Origin: an uncultured Bacillales bacterium
GTDB taxonomy: Bacteria > Bacillota_I > Bacilli_A > RF39 > UBA660
Direction: 5' to 3'
Assembly (NCBI GenBank): GCA_949948745.1
Contig: CATLHA010000005.1
Location: forward strand, 12,740-76,739
DNA: 64,000 nt
Each line of letters opens with the position of its first letter. Position 1 is the first letter of the stretch. Position numbers and translations under genes: made by a program. The notes beneath the pieces were generated by a model. It was not told where the DNA came from. It ran no database searches and worked only from the letters and a program-made list of their open reading frames with translations. Positions 42,071 through 51,735 of this stretch are shown here, piece by piece.

Positions 42071-45000
42071 TATATATTTTTTTGAATCTGTACCTTTCTT
42101 TTGATTTTTCTTAAAAGAATTTATTTTATGTACAATAAAATTAATTATGTTTTTTTCCTTTGTTGTTGCTGTTAAGGTTTCTGTTTCTTCCTTTATCTCA
42201 ATATCTTGATTCTTTATTCTTTCAGGTTTTCCTGTTCCTTTTTTGAAAGTGACTCTATGCATTGTTAAATTTGGATTTTGTTCTGACCTTATAGTTTTTT
42301 GTTTTCTTAATATCTCTTGTTGTTGTTCTTCTTGATAAATGCTTTTTGTATCTTTATCTTCATATGGATAGCTAACATCGTCTCCAATTTGTTCTACATA
42401 TCCAAGTTTTTTATTTATTAAATATAGTAAGTAAGAAGTATCTTCTTTTAATTCTGCTTCTATTGTGTCATATTTTTCTAGCAAACTATAGATTGTATGC
42501 ATTATTTCATTATTTTGCATTCCTTTTTCATCTTCTAGCGCAGGCTCTATTTTTGCCAAATCGGAAATATAGATATTATTTTCATCTTTTTCTTCATAGA
42601 TTAGATACCAATCCTCTCCTAGATAAATATGATTGTCTTTAAAATCCATCATGGTAGAATCCTCATGATTTATCATATTTTCTGGATAAGCTTTCTTTTC
42701 CATCTCTTTTATTTGGTTTATTGTATAATCTCTTATTTGATTTTCTTGTTCTAGTACGACTCTTCTTTCATCACGATAAATAGGTACTAGTGGTTTTTCT
42801 AAAAAAACAAAATCTTCTAGACTTCCAGCCATAATATATTGTTCTTTTTTAGCATCAGAATAAGCCGCATAAGAAGAATCAAAATATATCTCTTTTGAGT
42901 TATAGTTTATTGGCTGAAAATTTTTCAAAGTAAAAGTTTTTCCATTTATAAATTGATCTTCATTTACATATAGCTTAATCTTAAAATACTTACTAAGTCC
43001 CAAATCGTCATATCTAGTACCGCTAGTGACCATTTTAATTGCTTCTCTTTGTTCTAATTCGTCTAGTTTTTTTAATTCTTCTTCTTTATTTGAAATGAAA
43101 GATTTTTCTAATGTTTTCTTTCTTTTCTTGATATAGTCTTCTATTTCTGTTTTACTCTGTTTTATTATAAATTCAGCATCTAATCTGAATGCTTCGGCTA
43201 CAGCTTCTTTTAACTCTTCTGGTCCTTCCGTTAGAAGGGGAGTTCCTTCAATGTTATCATGACAGTAAAGATTATTATTCTGCCAGTCCCAAGATTCTGT
43301 TAATAATACCCATTCTCCATCTTTTAATAGTTTGGTTACGAAGATTCCACCATCGTCGCTACATGTAGCATGTGCCATACAATTTTGTCCTGCTCCACCA
43401 AAGATTTGACAGCAGTTTGTATAATTTTTTTCTCCTACCAGTAGGCTAAATGGATCATCCTTTCTTAGAAGTTCTGCTTTGATAGTGTATCCATTAATTT
43501 CATAAACATTGCTTCTTCTAATTAAAGAATATAATTTTCTTATCTTATTTTTCTCATAAATGTTTTGATAGTAATCAAAGGCCCTTTGCTCAGTTACTCC
43601 TGCTTTTTTAACTTCTTTCTGAAATTCAAAATTTCCAGGATTATATTTAAATGACTGATTATTAATATAATCTAGTGCTTGTTTTATTGTTATTTCTTTA
43701 CTTCCTGATGTGTATAGGTAATAATCTTTCATATTTTTAAAATGAAATTGAATATCTTTGATACTTGCCTGTATTTTTTCCTCTTCTAGAATAATATCAA
43801 GATTCTCCATAAAAAAATTATAAAAATCAGGGTCAAATACCTTATTGCACCCATCAAATATTCTGTGGAGTGTAGGAAAATTGATATATCCGTTTAAATT
43901 TTTTTGATATAGTAAATCAATTACTTTTTCATCATCTTTTGCTTCTTCTTTTAGTTCATATACCGTTATATGTTTCAATTCGTAATTTTCTTTAAAAAAT
44001 TGATTGATTTCTTTGCCATAAGTTCCAGTGAGTTTTTTAATTCTTTTTCTTTGTTTCTCTGTCATAAGAAGACCTAAATATATTTGAAATTCAGTTGGAA
44101 TTTCTGTAGCTGTTCTGCTATAATATGGTTTTATTGTTTTCGTAAATGCATTTTTTAATATGTCACTTTCTATATTATAATGAAACTCTGATATAATGTA
44201 TGATTTTATGGAAAATAATTCTTTAAACTGTTGGATTCTATTTTTTTGTTTTTCGTCTTTATGAAATAGTCCAAATATTTCAATCATTTCGGCAAATGCT
44301 TCTGCTAGTTCTTCTGTATTATAAGAAAAACTATCTTTGATTTCATTCCATACTTTAAAATCAAAATTTTTTGTTGTATTTAATGATAAATGTGGGAATA
44401 AAATAGATGGAATATTATATTGGTTTCTCATTTTATAAAATAGATTTTTGAATTTTTCGATGGCATTACTTTCATATATTATGGACGATTTTAATGTTTT
44501 TAATATATATCCATTTCTACTTATAAACTCATCGATATTATTATACTTTTCTTTTAAGATAGAATTTGCATATAGATATAAATAATTTATAATGATATCT
44601 ATTGTTGCAGGATTTTTTAATTCAATTTCTCCATAAGGGGTTATTAATTTTAATGATTCATTAACTCCATCAAAGGCTAAAGCTTCTACACTTTTTATAT
44701 TTTTGTGAAGAGATAGTTCTTTTGCAGATTTACAAAATAAAAATGCTGCTTCTTCTATATCGGTAATGTTTTCTGGTATGTGAATGCATTTTAAAAATGT
44801 ATCTTCAAATACACTTTTTTCAATTTTAGACATATTTTTTGGAAATTCTATTTTTTCTATTTTTGTTCCGCTAAAAGCTCCGGGTTTTATAGTGGTTACA
44901 GTTCCTGGGATATTAATATCTCTTAAATTACTGCATTTTTCAAAAGCGCTATGTTCTATACTAATAACACTTTCTGGTAATACTATCTTTTCTAATGAAC

Positions 45001-45478
45001 TGCATCCTCTGAAAGTTCTTTCAGAAATTGTAGTTATATTTCTTGGAAGAGTTACATTTTTAAGATTATAACACCTAGAAAAAGTAAATCGTTCAATATG
45101 ATCTACATCATTTAGGAAAATGGCAGTTTCTAGTGAAATGCACTCCGTAAATGCATGGTATCCTATATGGGTTACATTTTCTGGAATTGTTATTTCTTCT
45201 AGTGAATAACATTGGCTGAAAGCCTGATTTCCAATACTAGTAACGCTTTTTGGGATTATAATTTTCTTTAAATTATGGCAATTAATAAAAGCTAAATCGT
45301 CGATACAGGTTAGACCTTGGTTTAGATAGATATTCTGTACTTTTTTACAAGTAGAAAAAGCACAACCTTCAATTGTAGTTATATTTTCAGGGACGGTAAA
45401 ATTGAATGTTTCAGTTTTTGCATCAAAAATAAGATCTTCCTCTGTTACTTCTTTTAAAATGCCATTTTTAATTTTCAT
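42065..45478 (-). CDS. very large leucine-rich-repeat protein (BspA/TpLRR-type N-terminal repeats + ~850-aa uncharacterised C-terminal region); no signal peptide
   Basis: 1137 aa; about 11 tandem 22-23-aa repeats of the form IPxxVTxIGxxAFxxCxxL (LRR_5-like); C-terminus has a Cys-rich patch (NCCQIFGGAGQNCMAHATC) and coiled coils; the N-terminus is hydrophilic. Confidence 0.6.
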   Translation of the reverse strand: MKIKNGILKEVTEEDLIFDAKTETFNFTVPENITTIEGCAFSTCKKVQNIYLNQGLTCIDDLAFINCHNLKKIIIPKSVTSIGNQAFSQCYSLEEITIPENVTHIGYHAFTECISLETAIFLNDVDHIERFTFSRCYNLKNVTLPRNITTISERTFRGCSSLEKIVLPESVISIEHSAFEKCSNLRDINIPGTVTTIKPGAFSGTKIEKIEFPKNMSKIEKSVFEDTFLKCIHIPENITDIEEAAFLFCKSAKELSLHKNIKSVEALAFDGVNESLKLITPYGEIELKNPATIDIIINYLYLYANSILKEKYNNIDEFISRNGYILKTLKSSIIYESNAIEKFKNLFYKMRNQYNIPSILFPHLSLNTTKNFDFKVWNEIKDSFSYNTEELAEAFAEMIEIFGLFHKDEKQKNRIQQFKELFSIKSYIISEFHYNIESDILKNAFTKTIKPYYSRTATEIPTEFQIYLGLLMTEKQRKRIKKLTGTYGKEINQFFKENYELKHITVYELKEEAKDDEKVIDLLYQKNLNGYINFPTLHRIFDGCNKVFDPDFYNFFMENLDIILEEEKIQASIKDIQFHFKNMKDYYLYTSGSKEITIKQALDYINNQSFKYNPGNFEFQKEVKKAGVTEQRAFDYYQNIYEKNKIRKLYSLIRRSNVYEINGYTIKAELLRKDDPFSLLVGEKNYTNCCQIFGGAGQNCMAHATCSDDGGIFVTKLLKDGEWVLLTESWDWQNNNLYCHDNIEGTPLLTEGPEELKEAVAEAFRLDAEFIIKQSKTEIEDYIKKRKKTLEKSFISNKEEELKKLDELEQREAIKMVTSGTRYDDLGLSKYFKIKLYVNEDQFINGKTFTLKNFQPINYNSKEIYFDSSYAAYSDAKKEQYIMAGSLEDFVFLEKPLVPIYRDERRVVLEQENQIRDYTINQIKEMEKKAYPENMINHEDSTMMDFKDNHIYLGEDWYLIYEEKDENNIYISDLAKIEPALEDEKGMQNNEIMHTIYSLLEKYDTIEAELKEDTSYLLYLINKKLGYVEQIGDDVSYPYEDKDTKSIYQEEQQQEILRKQKTIRSEQNPNLTMHRVTFKKGTGKPERIKNQDIEIKEETETLTATTKEKNIINFIVHKINSFKKNQKKGTDSKKYIK

Positions 45479-45623
45479 ATTATCACAATCCCTTTACTAT
45501 ATATTAATTATAAGTTTTATTTGATACTTCTACAAGTAGTTTTAGTATTTCTAGTTTTTTGTTTGATTTTATTGTGTATTTTGATATTTTTGTTATAATA
45601 ATAATATTTTAAAGGAGTTAGGT

Positions 45624-46142
45624 ATGGAAAGTAAATTAAGTAATATTAGAATTACACCAACAGTTATTTATCATTCCGTTGTCTCTTTTTTTAAGAAAAA
45701 GAGTATGGAAAAATTTAATGGTTATTTTTTATCAACCTATGAGGAGCTAAATTTTCGCTATCCTAGATTAACTATAATTCAACTATCAGGATTTGGTTCT
45801 TTTTATCGGAGTTTTGAAAATGGAGAAATTTCTTATCAGGAACTTTTGAAGGAGTTAAAATCTTTGGGTATTAATATAACAGATTCTATTGTTTTTAAAG
45901 AAATTTCTCTAAAAAATGAAGAAGAAAAGGAAGCATATAGAAAGCGAAAAGAAAACGAGGATTATTTGCCTACAGATATTCTTGGAATTTGTTATCAAGT
46001 TCCAAAGACAAGAGAAACTCGTCTTCTTTTAGGAAATGATTCCTATATTACGAGATTGTTAGCCGAATTAGGAGATGAGAGAGCTACTAAGGAAGTAAAT
46101 GAGGATTATTATTTAGAAAAGAATAAACTAAAACAAAAATAG
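45624..46142 (+). CDS. hypothetical protein
   Basis: 172 aa; no recognisable motif; divergent from the LRR gene. Confidence 0.4.
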   Translation: MESKLSNIRITPTVIYHSVVSFFKKKSMEKFNGYFLSTYEELNFRYPRLTIIQLSGFGSFYRSFENGEISYQELLKELKSLGINITDSIVFKEISLKNEEEKEAYRKRKENEDYLPTDILGICYQVPKTRETRLLLGNDSYITRLLAELGDERATKEVNEDYYLEKNKLKQK

Positions 46143-46228
46143 TTTTTTTCTGGTGGTTTCTAGTTATAAAACCATTGATTTTCTATATTTCTCATGATAA
46201 AATAACACTTAGTTATGGAGGGATATTC

Positions 46229-46444
46229 ATGCGTACAGTATTATTAGTCATTGCAATCCTTTTAATTGCAATTGTACTTTTACAAAGTAATAAAGCAGAA
46301 AGTGGAGCACAAATTATTTCTGGTGGAAACTCAGATTTATTTTCTAATAGAAAAGAACGTGGTGCTGAACTTGTAATTAGTCGTTTAACATTATTGCTTG
46401 GAATGACATTCTTTATTATTAGTTTTATAATGGAATTTATTTAG
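46229..46444 (+). CDS. secG: preprotein translocase subunit SecG
   Basis: About 71 aa from ATG 46229 (RBS ggaggg); two transmembrane segments with LLQ...G-rich loop; conserved secG-rnr-smpB-ssrA neighbourhood. Confidence 0.75.
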   Translation: MRTVLLVIAILLIAIVLLQSNKAESGAQIISGGNSDLFSNRKERGAELVISRLTLLLGMTFFIISFIMEFI

Positions 46445-46471
46445 ACTTCTTGTTGGGAGTCTTTTTTTTTG
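46443..46471 (+). terminator. weak terminator after secG
   Basis: short stem agact/agtct followed by T9. Confidence 0.35.
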
Positions 46472-46563
46472 ACTTTTTGTGTTAAGTAAGTGTATTTTTC
46501 AGGGTATAATATTGTTAGTAGTAAAAAATTCAACTATAATGAAGTTAGGAATAGGTGATGACA

Positions 46564-48714
46564 ATGAAGGAACGAGTTATTAGAATTTTAAAATCTAGAA
46601 ATAAAGCTTTAAGTATAGAGGAGCTAGATCGTGAGTTAAAAAACAAAACTATCAAAGAATTTCAAGAGTTACAAAAAGTAGTAGATGAATTGGTAGAAGA
46701 GTTTGTAATTCATAGAACTAATAAAGAACGATATATGCTTTTTGAAAAAGGACCTTTAAAGAAGGGATACTTACGTGTAAATCGTAAGGGATTTGGATTT
46801 GTTGATTTAGAGGATGAAGAAGACATTTTTATTCCAGCTGATAATATGAATGGTGCCTTACACAATGATTTGGTAGTGGCAGAAGTAATTTCACGAAACG
46901 ATAAAAAGAAATTGGAAGGTAGAATTTTAAAAGTATTAAAGAGGGAACTTGATACCGTTGTAGGAGAATTTTATTTAGAGGGGGATACTGGATATATTAT
47001 TCCAGATGAAGCAAAACTTAAAATGACAATTGCAATTCCTAAAAATAATATTCATGGTGCAGTAGATGGACATAAAGTTCTTGTAAAGATTCATGAATTA
47101 ATAGAAGGAAATACATATTCTGGGGAAGTTATAAAAGTATTAGGTCATAAGAATGATCCAGGCGTTGATATATTATCTATTGTTTATAAATATAATATAG
47201 AGGATACTTTTCCAGATGAAGTTTATGAACAGTTAAAAAGTATTCCAGATGAAGTTTTAGAAAGTGATAGAAAAGATAGGATAGATTTAACAGATCAAGT
47301 TATTTTTACAATAGATGGAGCAGATACTAAGGATATTGATGATGCGATTTCTATTCAAAGACTTGAAAATGGTAATTATAAATTGGGTGTTCATATCGCA
47401 GATGTTAGTTATTATGTAAGAGAAGGAACTCCATTAGATGAGTCTGCTCTTGCTCGTGGTACTAGTGTTTATTTAGTAGATAGAGTAATTCCAATGCTAC
47501 CTCATCAATTATCTAACGGAATTTGTTCTTTAAATGAAGGTGTAGATAGGCTTGCTATTTCTTGTGTGATGGAGATTAATCAAAATGCTCAAATTGTTGA
47601 CTATGATATTTTCCAAAGTATTATTCGTTCCAGAAAGAAAATGACGTATAAAAATGTAAACTCAATATTAGAAGATGGTATTGTACCTGAGGGTTATGAA
47701 CCATATGCTGATGACCTTAGAACAATGGAAGAATTGGCACAAATTTTACGTAAAAATAAGATAAAACGTGGATATCTTGATTTTGATGTAGATGAAGCTA
47801 AAATTTTAGTAGATGAGAATTGCCATCCTATTGATATTGTAAAAAGGGAACGTGGAACTGGTGAAAATTTAATTGAAGACTTTATGATTGTTGCGAATGA
47901 ATGTGTTGCTACTCATATATTCTTTATGGAGCTTCCATTTGTGTATCGTGTGCATGATTATCCAAAAGAAGAAAAAATACGTGAATTTTTAGGATATATT
48001 GGTACACTTGGATATCACTATAAAGGAAATTTAAAGGATATGAGTCCAAAAACTATTCAGGGATTGCTTGAATATTTAAAAGATAAAAAAGAGTTTAAAA
48101 TTTTATCTAGTCTTTTACTTCGTAATATGAAGAAAGCTGTATATCGTCCAGAAAATGTAGGACACTATGGTTTAGCTAGTAAATGTTATACACACTTTAC
48201 TTCTCCAATTAGACGTTATCCAGATACTACAGTTCATAGATTATTACGTACGTATTTATTTGATCATGATATGAGTACAGAAACGATTAATCATTGGCAG
48301 GAAAAGCTTCCTTTTGTTACGGATAATTCTTCTGCTAGAGAGAGAGATTCTATTAGCTGTGAACGAGAAGTTGAAGATATGAAAATGGCTGAATATATGG
48401 AAGATCATATCGGAGAAGAGTATGAAGGAATGATTACTGGAGTTACTAATTTTGGTGTATTTATTCAATTGGATAATTTAGTAGAAGGAATGTGTCGTTT
48501 GGCAGATATGAAAGAATTTTTCCATTTTGATGAACGAACCATGTCTATAGAGGGAGAAAGAACAAAGACTAAGTATTCTTTAGGAGATCAAGTATTAATT
48601 AAAGTTGTTGCGGCTTCTAAGGAAGAGGAAACTATTGATTTTGAAATTATCCGTTCATTAGAAAAACAGGAAGATGTCAAAGACTGTGAAAAGAAGAAGG
48701 TAAAAAGAAAATAA
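46564..48714 (+). CDS. rnr: ribonuclease R
   Basis: About 716 aa; HTH N-terminus, cold-shock domains, RNB catalytic domain, C-terminal S1 domain and basic tail. Confidence 0.9.
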   Translation: MKERVIRILKSRNKALSIEELDRELKNKTIKEFQELQKVVDELVEEFVIHRTNKERYMLFEKGPLKKGYLRVNRKGFGFVDLEDEEDIFIPADNMNGALHNDLVVAEVISRNDKKKLEGRILKVLKRELDTVVGEFYLEGDTGYIIPDEAKLKMTIAIPKNNIHGAVDGHKVLVKIHELIEGNTYSGEVIKVLGHKNDPGVDILSIVYKYNIEDTFPDEVYEQLKSIPDEVLESDRKDRIDLTDQVIFTIDGADTKDIDDAISIQRLENGNYKLGVHIADVSYYVREGTPLDESALARGTSVYLVDRVIPMLPHQLSNGICSLNEGVDRLAISCVMEINQNAQIVDYDIFQSIIRSRKKMTYKNVNSILEDGIVPEGYEPYADDLRTMEELAQILRKNKIKRGYLDFDVDEAKILVDENCHPIDIVKRERGTGENLIEDFMIVANECVATHIFFMELPFVYRVHDYPKEEKIREFLGYIGTLGYHYKGNLKDMSPKTIQGLLEYLKDKKEFKILSSLLLRNMKKAVYRPENVGHYGLASKCYTHFTSPIRRYPDTTVHRLLRTYLFDHDMSTETINHWQEKLPFVTDNSSARERDSISCEREVEDMKMAEYMEDHIGEEYEGMITGVTNFGVFIQLDNLVEGMCRLADMKEFFHFDERTMSIEGERTKTKYSLGDQVLIKVVAASKEEETIDFEIIRSLEKQEDVKDCEKKKVKRK

Positions 48715-48796
48715 AATTCTAATAATAACAATATTCCTATAAAATGTAACAAATCATCATTTAGGGATAAACAAAAAATAGAAAAGTGGTGATAAA

Positions 48797-49237
48797 ATGG
48801 AAATATTGAATCGTGTAGCGAGACATGACTACTTTATTGAAGATGAATATGAATGTGGTATTGTTTTAACAGGTACTGAAATAAAATCTATTCGTGATGG
48901 AAAGGCAAATATTAAAGATAGTTATGGAATTATAAAAAATGGCGAAGCTTTTCTTTTAAATATGTTTATTAGTCATTATAAAGAAGGAAATATTTTTAAT
49001 CATAATGAAACTAGAACAAGAAAATTGTTACTTCATAAAGCAGAAATCAGAAAATTAGGAGATAAGATTAAATTAGAAGGGTATACATTAATCCCTTTAA
49101 AGGTTTATTTTGTTAAAAATAAAGCGAAAGTTTTGCTTGGATTATGTAAGGGTAAAAAGACTTTTGATAAAAGGGAAACTATAAAAGAGAGAGATATCAA
49201 AAGACAATTAGAAAAAGTGAATAAAAATCAGTATTAG
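48797..49237 (+). CDS. smpB: SsrA-binding protein
   Basis: 146 aa; SmpB family (IAxNKKARHDYFIEDxxEAGIxLxGTEVKS). Confidence 0.95.
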   Translation: MEILNRVARHDYFIEDEYECGIVLTGTEIKSIRDGKANIKDSYGIIKNGEAFLLNMFISHYKEGNIFNHNETRTRKLLLHKAEIRKLGDKIKLEGYTLIPLKVYFVKNKAKVLLGLCKGKKTFDKRETIKERDIKRQLEKVNKNQY

Positions 49238-49246
49238 GAGTATTTT

Positions 49247-49903
49247 ATGCATAAAGAGTTAGTACAGTATATTGAAAGTAATATTTATCCATTATATTCT
49301 AGAAATGATTGGGCGCACCAATTGTGGCATATTGAGGATGTCACTAAAAAAAGTTTGAAATTAGCGAAAGGCTATTCTGTTAATTTAGATATGGTTTATG
49401 TAATTGCGTCTTTTCATGATTTAGGATGTTTTATTAGCCGAGATAATCATGAAGAAATTTCTGCTCATTTGATGGAACAAGATCATTTTATTCAAAATTA
49501 TTTTAGTGATGAAGATATTCAAATTATGAAAGAAGCAATTATTGATCACAGAGGTTCTTTAGAATATGAACCAAGAAGTATTTATGGAAAGATAATTTCT
49601 TCTGCAGATCGATTTGTTACCATTGAAGGAATTATGAGAAGTACTCATAGTTATACTTTAGAGTTTCTTCCTGAAGTTGACTGGGATCAAATGGTTGAAA
49701 CTAGTTATAGTTATATTAAGAAAAAATATGGAAAAAATGGATATGCAAAAAGTTATATTCCTAATCCAGATTATGATTCTTTTTTAGAAGAAGTAGAAAA
49801 ATATTTAAATGATAGAGAATTATTTTCTAAAAAATTACTTGAAGTTGATGAACTTTTAAGAAAGGAATATCCTGTAAAGGTAGGATTCCCTGGAAGAAAT
49901 TAG
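49247..49903 (+). CDS. HD-domain phosphohydrolase
   Basis: 218 aa; H...HD...H...D metal-binding pattern (WHIEDV..., ASFHDLGCF, IDHRGS, SSADRF). Confidence 0.7.
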   Translation: MHKELVQYIESNIYPLYSRNDWAHQLWHIEDVTKKSLKLAKGYSVNLDMVYVIASFHDLGCFISRDNHEEISAHLMEQDHFIQNYFSDEDIQIMKEAIIDHRGSLEYEPRSIYGKIISSADRFVTIEGIMRSTHSYTLEFLPEVDWDQMVETSYSYIKKKYGKNGYAKSYIPNPDYDSFLEEVEKYLNDRELFSKKLLEVDELLRKEYPVKVGFPGRN

Positions 49904-49905
49904 TA

Positions 49906-49935
49906 GTTGATTTATTATAAAAAAGTGTGCTATAA
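49906..49935 (+). promoter_or_regulatory. ssrA promoter
   Basis: TTGATT (49906-49911), 18-nt spacer, extended -10 TGcTATAAT (49927-49935), about 14 nt ahead of the mature tmRNA 5' GGGG. Confidence 0.55.
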
Positions 49936-49948
49936 TTAGCACACAACT

Positions 49949-50301
49949 TGGGGCTGTCATGGTTTCGACAGGATTAGTGGAACAAGAGTGGCAAGTAGAT
50001 GGCAATCTTAAAATGCGTCAGTTAAATATAACTGGAAACAATTATCAAATGGCTTTCGCTGCTTAATAAAGCATATAGCGAAGCGCTTCTTTAAAAGTCA
50101 TACCTGTGGACTTTTTTAGAGGCTCGATTTTTACAGGTTATATTACTATGACGTCTATAGTAGTGATGAATTTTATAGACTGGCTATATCAACATTCGTT
50201 AACTAGTTTTTGATATAGTGAGATTGTTTAGTTAACTAAACTTGTAGATATTCTTGAGGATCTAGTTTTGGACAGGAGTTCGATTCTCCTCAGCTCCACC
50301 A
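49949..50301 (+). ncRNA. ssrA: tmRNA (SsrA), 353 nt; encoded tag (A)GNNYQMAFAA
   Basis: 5' GGGGCUG...UUCGACAGG acceptor/T-arm pairing with 3' GGACAGGAGUUCGAUUCUCCUCAGCUCCACCA; the resume context UUAAAUAUAACU-GGA matches B. subtilis ssrA as recalled; tag ORF gga...gct gct taa taa at 50034-50066. Confidence 0.9.
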
Positions 50302-50377
50302 ATTTGATTTTTAATTCGATGTAATCGAATTTGATATAAATGGAATTTATTTTTAAAATGTATTAGGAGATTAAATA

Positions 50378-51166
50378 ATGCAGTCTATACTAGAACAAAA
50401 TTTAAAAAATATTGATATGATAAATTTTGGAAGTTCTGATAAAATTGTCTACAAAAGTGCACTTCTTGAAATTAATAGATTAATAATTGATTTAATGACA
50501 AAGTATGGGATTTCATATAATTATCAATATTTAAATAATAGAACTAAATCGCTAAAATTATATAATGGAATTTTATTAGAGGAAAACGAAGAAAATAATA
50601 TAATTCAAGTATGTCAATATAATCAACTAGGTGAGAAATTGACTCATGAAGATGAGATAATAAATTTAATTCATGAATATTTGCATATAGTATCTTTTAG
50701 AAATTATAAAGATGAGCAAGATATAGGAAATCTATATTATGGTTTTGATGAATTCTGTACGGAATTTATAACATCTATCATTTGTATGAAATTAGGTTTA
50801 AATTTTGAGATTCATTATAGGCAACGTTCAGCTGGATATATTGATAATAATGATTATGAGTTTATGAGAAACCTAAGTAAAACTGTGGGACTAAATGCAT
50901 TATTAGAAATATATTTTACTGGGGATAAAAATGTATTAGAACAGTCTTTAGGTATAGTTCTATTAATGAATATGAATAAATATATTGATTATTATGAGGA
51001 AATATATGATTCATTTAACAAACCGAGAAAAGTTGTTAATGAAATTTTAGACAAGCCTATTTTTGAACCGCAAAGACGGATATTAAATATTTTTATCAAC
51101 AGAATAAATACAAATATTAATAATCTGTCTAATAACCAGGAAAATTTTGGAGGTATTAAAAAATAA
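50378..51166 (+). CDS. hypothetical HExxH protein (possible ImmA/IrrE-like or other zincin)
   Basis: 262 aa; single HEYLH motif (IINLIHEYLHIV); Asn/Ile-rich. Confidence 0.4.
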   Translation: MQSILEQNLKNIDMINFGSSDKIVYKSALLEINRLIIDLMTKYGISYNYQYLNNRTKSLKLYNGILLEENEENNIIQVCQYNQLGEKLTHEDEIINLIHEYLHIVSFRNYKDEQDIGNLYYGFDEFCTEFITSIICMKLGLNFEIHYRQRSAGYIDNNDYEFMRNLSKTVGLNALLEIYFTGDKNVLEQSLGIVLLMNMNKYIDYYEEIYDSFNKPRKVVNEILDKPIFEPQRRILNIFINRINTNINNLSNNQENFGGIKK

Positions 51167-51228
51167 GTCTTATAATTTTATAACTAATACAAAACCAAAA
51201 ATAAATACGATAGTTTATTTTTAGATTA

Positions 51229-51241
51229 CTCAGGTCCACCA
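51229..51241 (+). repeat. imperfect direct repeat of the tmRNA 3' terminus (candidate att remnant)
   Basis: ctcagGtccacca versus ssrA 50289-50301 ctcagCtccacca (12/13); partial flank similarity extends this to about 15/17. Confidence 0.35.
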
Positions 51242-51252
51242 GATTGATAGGA

Positions 51253-51284
51253 AACTCGAACTTTTATGTTTCGAGTTTTATTAT
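51253..51284 (+). terminator. rho-independent terminator
   Basis: aactcgaa / ttcgagtt 8-bp stem then ttttattat; could be the original ssrA terminator displaced by the insertion. Confidence 0.55.
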
Positions 51285-51368
51285 GCTTAAAATTATGTTA
51301 GAATCGTATTAAGCGTTTGATTAATAATTAAATTTTAGAATAACCTTTATATTTAATGGGAGGTACTT

Positions 51369-51689
51369 ATGGAAAAAACAATTACACAGATTCAAAAAGA
51401 TGTTGATGATTGGGCACAGCAATTCGAAAAACCTTATTTTAGTCCACTTTCCATGGTTGCTACAATGACTGAGGAATGTGGAGAAGTAGCTAGAGTGATG
51501 AATCATTTATATGGTGATAAAAAGAAGAAAGATGGAGAAACTATGATAGACTTAGAAGAGGAGCTTGGAGATTTATTATTTACTATTATTTGTATCGCAA
51601 ATGATCAGAACATTTCTTTAGCGAAAGCACATGAACGTAAATTAGAAAAGATTTATGGTAGAGATAATTATCGTTTTAATAGAAAATAA
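51369..51689 (+). CDS. MazG-like nucleoside triphosphate pyrophosphohydrolase (small all-alpha NTP-PPase)
   Basis: 106 aa; EECGEVARVMNH and EEELGDLLFTII motifs (EExxE...D metal-binding pattern). Confidence 0.7.
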   Translation: MEKTITQIQKDVDDWAQQFEKPYFSPLSMVATMTEECGEVARVMNHLYGDKKKKDGETMIDLEEELGDLLFTIICIANDQNISLAKAHERKLEKIYGRDNYRFNRK

Positions 51690-51735
51690 TCATTTTATAT
51701 GATAGATTAGTAGGGATTTGTGGAGGAATTAGCAA

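Larger units (their letters stand above)
50302..51247 (+). mobile_element. possible degenerate integrated element at the tmRNA 3' end
   Basis: bounded by the ssrA 3' end and an imperfect copy of its last 13 nt at 51229-51241, which is followed by a terminator; only one gene inside and no integrase, so at best a remnant. Confidence 0.25.
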
